The notes under the pieces were generated by a model. That model saw nothing but the letters and a program-made list of their open reading frames with translations. It ran no database searches and had not been told where the DNA came from. DNA of 64,000 nucleotides, from NCBI RefSeq assembly GCF_052425735.1, contig NC_135758.1:29636001-29700000 (forward strand). Direction: 5' to 3'. Position 1 is the first letter of the stretch, and every line of letters begins with the position of its first letter. Positions 1-14,617 of this stretch are shown here, in pieces. The stretch comes from Oculina patagonica. Taxonomy: Eukaryota. Both the position numbers and the translations under genes were made by a program.

Positions 1-203
1 TTAACTTTGAAAACTATTCCGCCGGACCATATTTCAAAAGCCCACAACGCAATCGACACTTTTGGCCATCCGTACCTTCTTTCGCATTTGGTGTGTTATT
101 TAAATATTCCTTCGCTGTTTTAAGAGGTTATTTTATACATTTAAACAAATTTGATGGTTGTTTCCTATGCCTAAGTTTGGCTAAAATCCGTGACACGGTC
201 CCT
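1..203. mobile_element. Right part of a TTAA-TSD MITE (Kolobok/piggyBac-type), same family as 14863-15239 and 24414-24789
   Basis: Ends in ATCCGTGACACGGTCCCT followed by TTAA. Internal sequence aligns by eye with the two complete copies. Confidence 0.75.
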
Positions 204-3200
204 TTAATAAAAACCTCAGACATATTATTTAGTCATAATTTTAGAAATCTAAGATACCTACCATGATAATAATTTGCATCAGAAAATAGATGTTGGCAAT
301 CCTCTGGAATTGTTCAAACAAGTTGAGAGGTAAAAAGGTGAGAAGAGTGTACTTTGACGTCCTAATGTAATTGTCCACATATTGGAATGGAGTATTAAAT
401 TCATGATCATTTGATCTGAGCTGCCTGTCTGTAGCTGAAAGACAAATGAAAATGTTTCACATGATTAAAAAAAATATATAATATTTTAAATTCGGACAAT
501 ATATTTTCATCTCTTTACTGTCTGACTTGGAGAAGGTCGATGGCAGGTCTCAGAAAACCTACAGGCTAATGTACCAGTAAATGAATAGTCTGAGAGCAGG
601 CTATTCATTTTTGGGTTGTTTCCTGCACTTGCCACTAACTTAATATTCAATACCGAGCCTCCTTAGCTTGCAGGCCAGTAAATTGATCACTGGATTTCAA
701 TATACTTGTACATGTGCAAACCTGACAATGTAAAGCTCAATTTTTTAAACTTGACTAAAATTCCCAGGGGGGGGGGGGAGGGGGGAGATGTGGGGAGGTT
801 GGGAAACTTGCATATGAAAGGGACGGGGATACTCATCATCTCGCTAAGGGTGTAAATTTGGATTTTTGGTTTCGCTTAGGGGGTTCTGGGCAAAACGCCA
901 ATATTTTTAACCATTTTTATATAATGGTCTCGTTTACGGCTGCACACAAAGAAATATACATATACGGCTTGGCTCGCAAGAGAGATAAATCGTTGTTTTT
1001 TCGTGAATGAGTACCGGGACCTATCATTTTATATTTTTTTGAGTCTAGCAACCACCTACTTTCTATAAATGAATATGAACAAATTTCTAATGTTCAAAAA
1101 TAAATAATAAACAGAAATGTGAACTTAGCCAGTACTCGTGATAAGTTATATTCAAGGTCTTCCTGCTCCTAAACGAATACTGGGTCTCCTCTTTTTTATT
1201 TCAAAAATAAAGTTCTCTTAGGATAAATAACCAGTAGGCAAAGTTTGAGCGAATATATAATTATTGTCAGTTCTATAATTTTCGGAGGAATGACCTTAAA
1301 AGTGGAGTTCCAGGCGTTCAAAGTAGGTTTAAATATTATATGATTACTTTAATATTTGTGACATTTGTTGCCCAGTCAGGTTAATGGCACTGAAAGCTAT
1401 TCATCGGTCCATTATTCCAAACAATAACAATGTTTGGATGTTTTGTATTATCAAAAACTGTTTTGGCATAATGCATATTAAGTAAAACTTTTATGCTCAA
1501 TTGAAATTCGTGTTCTTACATTTTTCAGAACAACTGCTGTGAGCTAGCTTAATCAAATAATAGCTCAAATCCAAACAATTAAATTTAAAGATCTAGACCA
1601 TGATCTAATACATGCAATTATAAGAAACATATAATGTCTAGAAATAAAAAAAATATAAATAAAAAAAGAATATAGTCAGTCACTAAAATTTAAACAAAGG
1701 TCGATGAAAAGATAAATTTTCCCGCATCTTACAATGAAAAGCGTCGAGTACAATGAAACAAAAACCTTAGCAATAAAAATTTACAATTCATCTGGTAAAC
1801 ACAATGTCAAATAAAGAATAACAAATTAAAATTAAGCTCGCAGACGTACCTGCCCATGAATAAATTATCAAGATCAAAGCTAAATATAGTATGCTTGCTC
1901 TCTGTTGCATTTCAAAAGATATTACTGCACTTTAGTTTTAGACTTCCTCCCATTGAAAATCGAACTCGGAGAAGTAAGTTTGATGATCAAAGATCGAAGT
2001 TTCGAAAGTCTTTTGCTCCAAATTAAACGTCAGCGTGTATAATATATTGTTCTCATTTTCAAATTAAAATGTAGGCAGCGTAAAATGTATAGTATTAAAG
2101 CTTGCATACAGTGTACGTGTATCTGTTTCAGCGACAAGCTATTCCAAACGTGGATGATTTAGATTCAACGTGACACATCTCTATACTACACGGGAAGAAG
2201 AACATTTAGCTATTAAAGATCGGGTTTTCCTGAAATAAAGAAAACTCGTTAACCTTTATAATCTGTCGACTTCGTTGTTAGGGAAACTCCAGGCAGCTGT
2301 ATCAAGCAAGTACTTCCTGATCCTTTTCTTGATGAAGTGCTTTAAACTATACAAAAATATCACAATACCTTCCTGGTTATCCTGTCCACGACACAAATGC
2401 ATTTTCAAAGGCGTTGAACGAGTAGTTAATCTTCAACCGTAATAACCAGTTGACTAGCTTGTAGTTAATTGAAAGACACCAGGCCTACAAACTGTGGGAT
2501 TTTTAACCGCCGTTGGTTGCGCTCTTGGTTTACCACAAGCTAATGACTACTGCGAAGGCTGAATTCTTTGCTAACCATCTTAAAACAGATGCAAAATCCT
2601 TCAAAATCCGCCTCCTTTTCGCCAGCGAACGGACCAAAGAACGTACGGAACGAGACAAATATCAAAGCAAACAATCCACCTACTCAGTTTCAGTCTTCTC
2701 TCATTTGAAGAACGCGCGAAAATGGAGGACTGGATTCCAGTTAACGCGAGACGCGCTTCAGACTTAGCTTCAGACGCGCTGTCGAGAGGCGCTGATCTTG
2801 TGTTCGTTTCCAAGATATATTGTAAACGAAAAAAACAAACAGACAAAAAAAGAAACACTATACACGTTTTTAAATTGGTTGGAATCAAAGTGACAACGGG
2901 CCTGTATATGGAAAAGACGCAAACTGGTTGCATAGCATCTACTTTCCGCCCATTCCTTTCTGGATTTTTCTCTGAGGGGAGTGGGTGGATCGAACATGTG
3001 TTCCCTGGAATGCAAACTCGTCTCCTACTCTTTCAACCCAAACATTAGAAAATAAATGTACAAAGACTAGCTGGAATTCGCGTGACTGGTTGGCTCAAAC
3101 GCGAATTGATCAGAGCAGAAGTCCATAGTTAGTGTTATGAATCCACCCACTTTCTTTATAGCGGAAGTGGGCGTATTTGCGTTTTGTAAGAGAATCACGC

Positions 3201-6200
3201 GTTTAGAGGAGTGACAAAATATTTATAATATCAGAACGAATAAATTAGCGATTGTCACTTCTTGATGACAAAGCGTCGTGAGTTGCACAACTACAGGAAA
3301 ATAGTTCATTTTCTTTGCTATTTTTTGCTAATGTTTTCAACTTTTCCCATTAATTATGCTTCCTTCCTTCCCCCAAAATCGGACTTTTAAGTTTAAGCCA
3401 CCGATCCATTATTTTTTATAGTCACTTCGAAAAACTTTTGAAGAATTGCTTCATAAGAAAGATAGAATATTTTTCCTTTTCCATTTTTTTCGTCTGTCAT
3501 CCCGAAGTGTTTTGACTATTTTTTTTGTGTGTTTCTCTTTGTGATTTTAGGGCCTTTTTTTAAACAGCAAAATCACCTAACATGTTACCACCTTACATCA
3601 CTTTTTTTAAAATAAAGTTGATATAGATTACCTTCAGAAACTTTAGAAGTTCTTGACTTCATGCTCTGTTGCACCTTCCGGCTCTTTTCCTTTAAAATCC
3701 ACGATAGCTTCAGCGCAGTACTAAGCACGAGTTGTTCATCTCAGTCAGCTCCGCCTCCAAGCTCAGTTTGATAAGCCAGACTGAGGATCAAACAAGATAA
3801 CTATCAGTCTGGAGTTACAGCCTAACTCAAACCAAACTGAGTAACATGCAGGCAGGTTTTTATAGGGTGCTGAGTTAACCTGTACGCAATATCAAACTTT
3901 GCTCCACTGGCTCTGCTTACCAGAACTTGCACCTTGGCTTGGGAGAGGAAGAAGGACTTGGAGGCTTGACTGTAGAGAGCCGGAGACTTACGTCCAAAGT
4001 TCAAGTTGTAGAGGAAGCCTTTAATATAGATAATAGGGCTTTTTCGGTATGCATGTTTAATACAGCTATTTGTATCATTGAGCATTGGATTGGAATTCAA
4101 TTCAGACTGTTATAAGCAAAGGAAAATGAACTAACCAGTAAAAGCGAATACAAATGGTACATGCAATGTTTTTTTTAAGCGACTATAAAACTTAACTTTT
4201 TGAACTGTTTTACTATTTTGTCAACAAGTTGTGGGTGTAGAATTTTTAGTAAACCCGTGTTGTCAGTGTCTCCGTAAACTGTTCAGTGTTACGTCACTGA
4301 CCCGTCTATCTGAAGGTGTATGGATTTCATCAAGTTCTTTTACATTTCGGACAACGGATGGTAAAAGATTGTATGCTGGGTCCTGTTGTCGGTTGAGGGT
4401 CTATCTGTAATTTAGCAAGTAGTAGACTAGACAATCCACACCACAATTCTTGGAACACTTGCCGTTTTTACACTTAAAACAGGGGAAAAAAATCAAAAAT
4501 TCCCCCTCCCCCTCCCCATTGCAATGTTGCGTACCTTGAAAAAAACAATGCCTTCCGTTGCCGTCTAGTTTGCAACATTGGTTTTGGGGGAAGGGGTTCT
4601 CCATATTTGAGAATGCCAAATTAACGGAATATGACGTTATAATTGTTGAAATGAGTGTCCAAAAGAATTATGCCACGGATTGTAGAACAAACAGTGGGTT
4701 TGTGTTTACACGAAACCGATCAGCCTTTTTCACAAGTTCAACGTCATTTGGTCGTATGGCGATTGAGGAGATTCAACTAAGCTAAGTGCAAAACAAGAAA
4801 ATGATATCCCTGACAAGCTGTGCATGCTAAACATCAAATTTCTGAAACAATCGAAATATGACGGTAGTATTCGTTTAATTTAAGGGCATAAATAGCCCCA
4901 ATTGCTCGAGAATATATGAAATATCTGCCTACCTACATACCTACCCTACCCACTGCCTGCCTACCATGTATAAATAAATAAGAAACTGACATTTTGAAGT
5001 ATCATATACATCCTGCCTTTCAGTGCGCAAGTTTACTTCAAACATAAGTTGCCTGAATTCAAGTTATAGACAAACTGATGTTGTAATTGATACCGTTTGA
5101 CAGTTTCATTCATTACAATTTCTAGCACGAGAAGTTATATTATCGACAAAACACAACCAAAACCTTTATATTCGCGATAAACGCGCGTTTTACAAAGAAG
5201 GCACAGAACACGCTTGCATGCGCGTCGATCGCTGTGGCAACAATAAAACAAATGACGAATTTCTAAAATGCGGGTACTCAATCGATTTCGCAAACTAACT
5301 TATGTAAATTCTGTATAAAAATTTATTAAAACGGTATCTAGACGAAAGAAAAAAATTTACCTTTAAATGACTTTTCGCTCACTTTCGCTTCCTGTAAGAT
5401 CGATTCAAGACACAAGTACACGTAGTTTCACTCCACATTTCAACCGCGATATATTAATAGTAATGGCTGTCGGTCGGTTTCTGAAGCGAGATGGATTGTT
5501 TTTAAACCCGGTCAGCCACGGCAACAGAGAACATCAAGAATTCTGGGATTTTGCAGGTGATCTGGTTATTTAGTTTTAATTTAAAATATTCAATTTTGTG
5601 TTGACATGCGGGATGATTTACGTCGGGCAAACCACCAACGCTCAAAAAATATTAAGAAGACTTTCGCTCCAACAGAGCTACTGAATGCGAGGCATTTAAA
5701 TCAAACAGAGCATAAAAATAGTGTGAGTCGCTACGAGGGATGTCCTGCCAGCGGAGGCGGAGAGAGAAGACTCAATTGAGGTTGATACAAAATCACCATG
5801 CAATAAATATTAATAAACCAACGAAAGGAAAACTTGAATTTACAAGGAGATAAGAATAATTTCACGCGCATTAATCTTGCAGCGTGGTTTTCTATGGCGA
5901 TAAAATCTTTTCACACATCATCAATATACTTATATTTTTTCAAAATATCGAGCGTTTATTTATTTTTGTGCCTTTTGTATCATGTTACTGTTGTTGTAGT
6001 GATACAAACAGTTTTAATATTTTAATATTTGAAATTTAGAAATTTATTTTAACACAGAAATAATAAAGCACTATTCATACGAAGAAACTTTGAAATAAAT
6101 CATTATTACTTATTCATTTTGACAGTTTTAATCTGTTGTGTTAAAGTCACAGTTCTGGACGGAACAACTAATTGGTTTTTTCGTCACTTTTCTTCTTGTG

Positions 6201-9200
6201 AGTCTGATTAGCATAGTGCAATTTTTATCAAGATAAAAGAAATTGAAAGAAGCATTGACTTTTCTTATCAACTAAAAGCTATGAAATCTATTGTCCAAAT
6301 GAGGCATTTGCTGACTTTTCAAATTTCAATGCTCAGGCAAAAATTAAGGACAAATGTCATTCATTGATCATTGTCAGTTTTTAAGTTGTATATGTCTAGC
6401 GGTTCGTTTTGAAATAATGATATTTTTGAATGTTGATTACGATCAGAAAAGCTGAAAACAGCAGGACGGCTTTGTAATAAATTAAGAGCTCTAATTTGCA
6501 TCGAGTAACCTGAGTCAAGCAATTTATACATTTCGTTTTTCTTTGCACGTATATTTTTGTCTTTTGTATAAACAGCGAAAACGCTTTAAAACTTCTGAAG
6601 AAGTAAGGGTACTTATTTTCTTGTAGATTACAATGGACGTTTATGTAATAACAACAACTCAATACATATGTTCTAGTGGTCACGTGGATAAAAAAATCTG
6701 TAGACTGGCAGAGTCACCACAGTGTTGGTTAGTCGCCATCTTGGATTTGGACGTCAGAGGAGAACCTGGGGAAGAGGTCAAGAACGCTAATGCATATACC
6801 AATATGCAAGGTTTGTGAACTATCGATAACAATCGATAATTCATCTCTGTCGTGAATTCCTCGAAAATTTGCAGTTCTGTTTTAAGCATGTCGATCTGTG
6901 TTGTTTTTGCTTAATACCATTTTGTTGGTATAATCGCAAAGCTCTTGAATTCTATTCGCTGCTTGCGCTCTGTTCGAGCGTCTTGCCAAAAGTGTCACCG
7001 AGGTAGCGTGTGGCCAGTGCATGCTTCTGCAATCGATACAGCTGCATTTTCAAGTTAGCTAATAGGATGGACTTACCTTTAATCAGAGCCACTATACAAG
7101 CTGAAGCAAACTGATTAACTTCCAGGCTTGAAAATAAGAACGTCTATTTGCTAATTAGACGGATATGCTAATTAGAAATATATTTCCGAATTGGAAAATA
7201 ACAATGGTCGCACCAATGCGTGGAAGACAAATAATGAGCTAGAAGTGTTGATTAAAAACAAGCTCTTCTTTGTTGATGACAATGGCTGTAATTCCCTGGT
7301 GCCAGAGGTTTTCTTTATTCTTATGTTCTACTATAGCGAAGGAGTCCTAAAAGATCTTAAAATGAAAAAGAACCCTTTTGGAACCGAAGAAATGGCCAAA
7401 TAAGGCCAAATTACAGTGCAAAGATCTCAAATGGACCACCTCACACCAATCAGAGAATACCGTGTCGCTCAGATTTGTTTTGCGAAAGGAGAAGTCTTAA
7501 TCAACTAAGACTTTATTTTCGGATGAAAATTTGCGTTTCAAAAATCTTTAGGTTTCTTTTTGGACGGGATACCCTGTCTGAAAATATTCTGGTACATGCA
7601 AGAACACCACACGGCACGGTAAAAACTGTCTAAACATAACGATATGAAACCCAAAAAAGTCCTACGGTCGTGAAACAATTTTAGTTGTGTATAATAATCT
7701 GCCGCGAGAAAAATAACGCTTGGTCGCAGGTTAGTTGTGTAATTACACTGGCTGTTACGTAAAAAGACGTCATGAACATGTCACACAATCTTTCAACACA
7801 CATCACAAAACAAAAGAACCCATTTTAGAAAAAAAAATATTTTTAATAACACTAGAGCAAAGAAATTATCTTTTAGCAACACTGGAGCTTTACAATTTCT
7901 CCTGCACAGTGGGTACGCTGCGCATGCACACGTAATCACAAAAACAGCACCATCAGTGGTAGGGCTTAAAATAATTTTAACCCGAGCTGATAAACTTATT
8001 AGTTATAGGCGACAACAGCAGTGCTAAATATAAATTTTATTGATTTTAAATTTGTTATTGGTTACAGAGTTTTACCAAAAATAGTTTGGAATCATCTAAA
8101 ACTTACAAAATATTCCCACTGATCAATCAATATAGCTGATTTCTGAATGAATTGGAAACCGGGGGTAACATGAAAGCTAACCTGGCGGGAATTTGATCAA
8201 CATGCATTTAAAAGCTATAATTATGTCAATAAGCGATCTTTTCCCATATAGTTACTAATTTAGTTATTATAGTTATGTAACGCACTTTCTTTCAGTGATA
8301 TAATGATGTACTATGTCGGAGTGTTTATCTGGTTTTTGTCATCAGCGCACATTTTCGTTGTGTCTTGGTCTTTGTTCTGGAAAGAAGCAAACAGACCATT
8401 TTAAGTAACTTGACAAAATGACCGAGTCAAAATCTAGTAGTCATTGAGCCGTTTTGTATGGTATAATCCGCGTTGTCCACTCGAAGCCCTGGATACTACA
8501 GCCGGGACATTCAAGACATCTTGATCAAGCTTCCACAACTGAGAGCTGTCAGCCAGTCATACACATACTAGCTCAGCACGCACATTAAACTTCTTGTAGC
8601 TGATCAGATTTGCTTCTAAAACAATTTACATTTATTGTGTGCGCTTTGGTTGGTGTTTCCATTGTGTCATGATGTGGTATGGGGTTTGTGTGTAATATCA
8701 GAACAGAATAGCAAACAAACAAACAAAACCAAAGCAAAGCAAACATACGAGTCTTCTGAATGAGGGTGTTTTTCCGTGGAAAGTTTGGTTAAAAACACCC
8801 GTGTTAATTTGCATGCAGAAACGTAACTAGCAAACCCAAGCTCTCTGTTCATATGAGTATAAGCAATTAAGAACTATAAAAGTTTTCCCGGGAGCCTGAA
8901 ATGTCTGCAATCTTCTGCCTGACATTTGAAGCTATAAAGTTACACTTGGATAATTTACGACGCATCTGACTTACTTCAGCAAGTGTCGCAGGTCTCAGGG
9001 CAGTACTCTCGTGTGAACTTGGTGTAATGTTCTCGCCGAGAAAACCAACGCGGGTTTCTACACCAGCTTCTCCAACGGTGACAGAAACGAGGGAAATCGT
9101 CTTTGCAATCTGCTCTTTTCACGCGTGACAGGTAATACCCATCTAGAAGGAAGTGAGATTAAACAAAGAGATAGAATTTATTTTCCGAAGCGTGCAAAAA

Positions 9201-11695
9201 ATTCATTTGGCAATTGACTTGAGAAATAGCCAGTGCACAGCCCAGTAATCCCTACGCGAATGATTTTTCTTGAGGAGAGTGGACGGCTGTGCAAAGGCTA
9301 ATTAACCAGTCAGAAACCGTGATGCCATTGCTCGTGTTTTTGGTGGAAAATATCATGATTACGTGTACTGCCAACTTTTTCAAGCCACTTAAACCGAAAT
9401 TTAAGCTAATTTGCTGTTAATTCGAAGGGCTCTTAAAAAGACCGAAAGTTTATCAGTTTGTTAGTGCTGTCAAAGCCGTTGAATCTTTATTGCAGTTGGC
9501 AGAAGCTTAATTACTGACAAACAAAGCTGGCTTACATTCAGTAATCTGTTTCAGTTTCTGCTCAGAATCTTCATAACTCATAACTGAGAGAACCAACACG
9601 GTATAAAGCTAGTTAACTTGTATTCTCTGGCAACAACGACTAACTTCAAAATAGACTCTGAGATCTCATTTTACCAGAATAAGGTTAAATTCAGTTTTCT
9701 AAATATAAACTAAAGTGACGAAAGTAGTTTCCTTTCGAAACTACGAGGGTTTTCAGACTATTGATTTCCACAATTTGTAACAGTTGCAAAGTATAATTCT
9801 CAATAGTTGGCGAATTAATACACTCTATCGCAGAATGGTAACTCGAGTGCCCCACTAAGTAGTTTTTGTATGTGTCTTGCTTCAAATTACTTACGGTAGT
9901 TATTTTGCGTACAATTTTAGCGCACCTGACTCGACTCCAACTTACTGAACACTTCTCCACAAAGTGTGAACTCAAAAATTATACCTTCTTTGCCTTGGAA
10001 ACAAACGTAAAACCCTGCTTGAGTTAACTGATATTGAAATTCTATTACTGTATATTACGAGTTTTGTCGTTTTCTCGAATTGAAAAGTTTTTAATTTGAT
10101 TTTTGTATTCAGTCAAACAACTGTTGACTTTTGATGGTCATGCCAGTGATAACATTGCAGAGAAAGAAACATATAACATCATGAACAATTGAGCTTAAAC
10201 TGGCAACACAAGTAAAATACAACCACTAAACAACCGACAAAAGCCGTGAAAAAGAAAATTGTTCACAGGAGAAAAGAATAGCAATTTTATGCGAAGATAA
10301 ATACAGGGAAGAAACCGGCCGAAAACAAATTAATAGTTTCACTGCGGAACAATGCCTGGCGTTCAAGCACATAGAAAATTATATCAGTACAGAATGAGCT
10401 TCTTTTTCTGCTTACCGTCTGCTTCAAGCTTTCCGTTAGCGACTGAATCGGCAACAAGGAAACCCACAAGAAGTAATGTAAACAAAACCCTCGCTACTTT
10501 CATGTTTTCAGGTTTGCATCAGCCGTAAAATATAGTCAGAGCACCTCTTTTCTGGACGATTTCAATTAAGAAGCTGTTTTTATAGTCTCCTTAAGTTATT
10601 TTATCATGTTTACGACGTGCAAATTATCTTTTTAACACCGATAAGGATCGAAAAAAAAATAAGGGATTAGCTCAGCGTAAATACCAGGGCGTTAGCGCCG
10701 GGATTGTGGAATACGCGTGAAATGTAAAGCATTATTTTCTGTTCTATTCTATGACTTTCTGTTCTATTCTAATTGCACATCACTTCGATCAGTTTAAGCT
10801 TATCATTCGACTTTGCGTTTATCATTGTTGAATAATCACTTTGAAGGAACGAGAATGGTTGAAAACTGTGTAAGGATTAAAAAATAAACATATGCACATG
10901 TGCACAGCTAGGGACAATACGAGTTGCATGTTATTTTGTATTGTACAGCTATCCAAGATATCAGCGCAGTCAATTCTTTAAACCTGTCTTAGTAACGTAA
11001 CAAGATCAAGATAACGAAGAACGATTAGGAAAATCGTCAGTTGAGCTTAAACTAATCTCTCCAAAGGAGAATTTTAGAATTAATGTTTAAAAATTGCTGA
11101 GTAACGAAAACTATGCTGTTGAATTTGGAATTTGTTGCAGTAAGTGCCTCGAATATTTTCCCCAAGAGCTAAGCTAACAGAACGGAAGTAATACTTCGTG
11201 TGGAAGGTAAAGAGATTTAAAAGATGACCCCAAAGAAAGATCTGTTTGTGAGATCGATCACTTGCCAGGCAAAAAAATCGCACGCAAGACTCTTCTTGTG
11301 ACGCAGAGGAGAACATTCCTCAGGTCTAACGCCAAAACTGCCGAAAATACAGCGATTAGGTCAAGGAATCTTTTTTGACGTTTGAAAGCAAACTCTTTTC
11401 TTTATTCCCTTTTAACGCCTCCTAATATTTAGTAGGAATTAGTTTCTGCTTACTAGCTGACAATGTTCCATGCAATCGAACCCTGAATTTCTGCCAAATT
11501 AGGATTTCGCATTCACGGAGATAAAGTTTTCTGAACAAACGTTCAGGCATGCGAGCTATTCAGGCTATCGTGGCACGTTTACAAATCATTTTAATATTGA
11601 CTCATTCTGAACAAAAAAAAAACTGATGGGTCCGTGGACACAGGTCAGTCAGGAGGATGTGGCTGGTCTTGTGCAATGCTAATACTTGCATTCGA

Positions 11696-12156
11696 ATAGA
11701 GCGGTTTTCAATTGAGTGTCGTAAAACCAAAACTAAAGTAATCACTCTAGCCAATCAAAAAGAACAGAGACAAACACAGTCATAAAGGACGAAGGATAAT
11801 CCGAATAAATTCATTGTGTCCAACAATTCAGACAACAAATGAGGATCTTGATAAATATAATGTTATATTTCGGTATAAGCTATACCATCATCAGACTAAT
11901 AAAATTAACATACAAGCTAGATCTTAAATACTGTGAGTGAGGAGACGGAAACAATAAGTTTACTCAGGAGAATAACAAACACAGTCAACCAATTAAAACT
12001 CGAAGTAAACACATGTAGCCGACACGAAGGGCGGGAAAACGTGTGTGAGCGCGGAGTCACGATTGGTTATCGTTTTCAGTACTTCTGATTGGCTGAAAAC
12101 CATTGCAATGCAAACGCGAATTACTTTCGACACTCAAGTAAAAACCGTTCAAACTC
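11696..12156. mobile_element. Non-autonomous TIR element (same family as 43845-44125) interrupted by a ~200-bp Penelope-like terminal fragment
   Basis: Starts AGAGCGGTTTTCAATTGAGTGTCGTAAAACC and ends TTTCGACACTCAAGTAAAAACCG. The insert is flanked by the direct repeat ACAAACACAGTCA (11770-11782, 11975-11987). Confidence 0.7.
11860..11900 (-). ncRNA. Minimal hammerhead ribozyme motif (Penelope-type)
   Basis: Minus strand reads CTGATGA-T-GGTATA(GCT)TATACC-GAAA-TATA: catalytic core boxes flanking a perfect 6-bp stem II. Confidence 0.6.
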
Positions 12157-12561
12157 TATAAATTACATCCCAGTTAATTTGCTTTTGCCCTAAAATAAAG
12201 AATAAGAGAAGGATCGATATCGGGATAGGAAAAGAAATACGGAATATGAAACAATGGGGTAAGTGGTAAAAAATGCCAGAAAAAAGGGAATAGTAGGATA
12301 TGGGGTGTGGGACATATTTTTTTAACGGTCAAGGACGGATTAAAATCAAGGTAAACTTCGTTCAAATTAATCACCTTTCGAGAACTTTGGCTTTGCCAGA
12401 AATGAAGTGTCTCGTTATGATAGATCTGATTAAATTATTTTCTGATGATTTGCTTAATCTGATTCATTTCATAGCGCATTACTGCACGTCATGCACGTAT
12501 AGTGCTGCCAGCTCAAATGAGTGCGACCCAAGCTCTTGCCGTCGAGAACCAGACCTCTCGA

Positions 12562-12878
12562 CATTCTCGTCCCCATAGCTCTTTCGTTTCTCTTAGCCGG
12601 ATTGGCACGAGAAAACGGAGGGTCACTGGGGACATAGGATTTTTGAATTTAATAATTCGAATTTTTTTGATTGGCTTTTTGGAACAAAGAATTCCTAAAC
12701 GGAAGTCGAAAACTTAACAACTCTCTCATACATTCTTTTGAAACGTCATGACTGCATACATGAAGACCGGAAGTCCTAGAATCTGGGACTGGAAATCCTG
12801 TGTTCCCAGAGCCCTTTGTTTCCTCGTGCCAAGGCCCAGCCGGCTAAGAGAAACGAAAGAGCTATGGAGACGAGAATG
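12562..12878. mobile_element. MITE with long TIRs and 9-bp TSD (Mutator-like)
   Basis: TIR CATTCTCGTCCCCATAGCTCTTTCGTTTCTCTTAGCCGG matches its inverted copy at the right end. TSD ACCTCTCGA at 12553-12561 and 12879-12887. Confidence 0.8.
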
Positions 12879-13083
12879 ACCTCTCGAGAGAAAGCAACAG
12901 ACTTCGCAGGCTCTACTCGGAGTTCCAACAGTCGATAGATTTTTGTATGGAGGCCCTAGAAATTTCTTGCAAGATTTTGTAAAGGTTATTTTACTTTTTC
13001 ATCATTTATTTTTTGCTTTTAGCTTAACTTGTCGAGAATAAGATCCCTCTCAGGGTGGCTTTCTCAACAAATCTTTCACACTA

Positions 13084-13655
13084 TCACTCACTCACTCATC
13101 CTCTTCGCTCCTCTAACTGGAGCATAAGACTACCCAGAAACGTCCTCCATCCTTCACGGTCTATTGCTCGCTGTTCCACCTCATTCCAGCTAGTCCAGCC
13201 CAGGTCTTTACGCTCACCTTCCACAGTTCTTCTCCACGAAATCTTGGGTCTTCCTTGCTTTCTCTTGCCTTCAGGGGTCCAGGTGAGAGCAACTCGGCAA
13301 TTGTTGTCTTTTCCCTCCTCAAGATATGACCTATCCATCTCCATCGCCTGACCTTCACGGTTTCTGAGATGGGTCTCTCCTTAGTTCTTTCATAAAGATC
13401 ACAGTTAGAGATGGTGTGTGGCCAGAATATTCCGAGTATTCTTCTTAGACATTTTCGGTGGAAAACGTCTAGCTGCTCGATATCTGTTGATGTAATCCTC
13501 CACATCTCAGCGCCGTACAGGAGAACAGAGGTCACACAGCTCTTGAGGATTTTCAGCTTGGTGTGATTGCTGTACATCTTTGATCTCCAGACAGGATTGA
13601 GGGTGGCATACGCCCTTCTTGCAATTGACAGCCTTCGTTTGATGTCTTCACTCTA
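13084..13655 (-). mobile_element. 5'-truncated RTE-clade LINE (C-terminal ORF2 region and 3' tail)
   Basis: ORFs 13161-13577 and 13096-13344 encode SVLLYGAEMW, FHRKCLRRILGIFWP, RRWRWIGHILR and WTPEGKRKQGRPKISWRRTV. They are frameshifted relative to each other and end in a (TGAG)n tail. Confidence 0.85.
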
Positions 13656-13837
13656 ATGGTATTTAAATGAATATTAAAACGCCTTTAGTAGAAGGGAAGA
13701 GAACATTGCTTTTTTGCTGTTTTAAATCCATTTAGCGTTTGGGCGTTTTTACCTCCTATGGAAAAGATCCTTTTATTGATTGATGGCTTTCTCCTGAACA
13801 AGAATTCAAAACTTTCGCCATCAATAAAGGATAAAGT

Positions 13838-14260
13838 AAATAATAAAGATGGTAAATTTTAAGCTCGGTAATAAATAATGAAGTTTGTAGTAAATAATAA
13901 AGATGGTATCTGGGAGGTCATGGGTTCGACTCCCGTCGGGGGCTCAGAATTTTTCTTTGTCCCATGTTCGTGTCATGTTGAAAACTTCATCTTCATTATT
14001 TATTACCGAGCTTAAAATTACCATCTTTATTATTTACTACAAACTTGATGATTTTGACATTGCTGATCCTGGCAGTATGCAGGACGCGTGTCACATATCA
14101 ACCTAGTAAATGGCCGCTCACAACGAGTCTCTCGTAGCTCAGTTGGTTAGAGCACCCAACCGGTATCTGGGAGTAGAGGCCAAAGGTTCGATTCCCGTCG
14201 GGGGCTCAGAATTTTTCTTTGTCCCATGCTCGTGTCATGTTGAAAACTTCATCTTCAATA
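13838..14260 (+). mobile_element. tRNA-derived SINE with partial tandem and inverted duplicates
   Basis: A-box GTAGCTCAGTTGGTTAGAGC and B-box GGTTCGATTCCC near 14135-14196. The body at ~14180-14257 is repeated at ~13920-13995. 13838-13885 is an inverted copy of ~13992-14038. Confidence 0.7.
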
Positions 14261-14617
14261 AAGGATAAACTTTGCAAAGTAAAACTTAACGGGATCGTAT
14301 TTTGAACTTGTTAGGTACGTCTGGAATTCTAGTAGAAAAGTCTCTGACGTACATGTTTTCTAAATGGCTAATTTTTTGTTAAAACAATTATTCTGCCAGT
14401 TGGAAGCTTATATCGATCAATAGGAGAGGCACGCTTAACCAATCAGAGTTTGCCAATAGTCAAGGGTTGTGTAATTGTTGCCGCTCGTGCGCGCCAGATA
14501 GATTGTTACGTCATGAGCCATGAAGAAGCTATCGTTCGATAGCCGTAACGATGAGCTGTCGAAAGAAGATGAAACTTTTAGTTTAGCAAAGTTTCTGTTT
14601 GTAATGGCAGTATCAAG

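Noticed and set aside
2513-3048. Overlapping 80-110 aa ORFs
   Set aside because: Non-ATG or weak starts, no domain features, and a frequency consistent with chance.
14126-14210. tRNA-like sequence
   Set aside because: A and B boxes are present but the cloverleaf is broken and it continues into a repeated SINE body, so it is not a tRNA gene.
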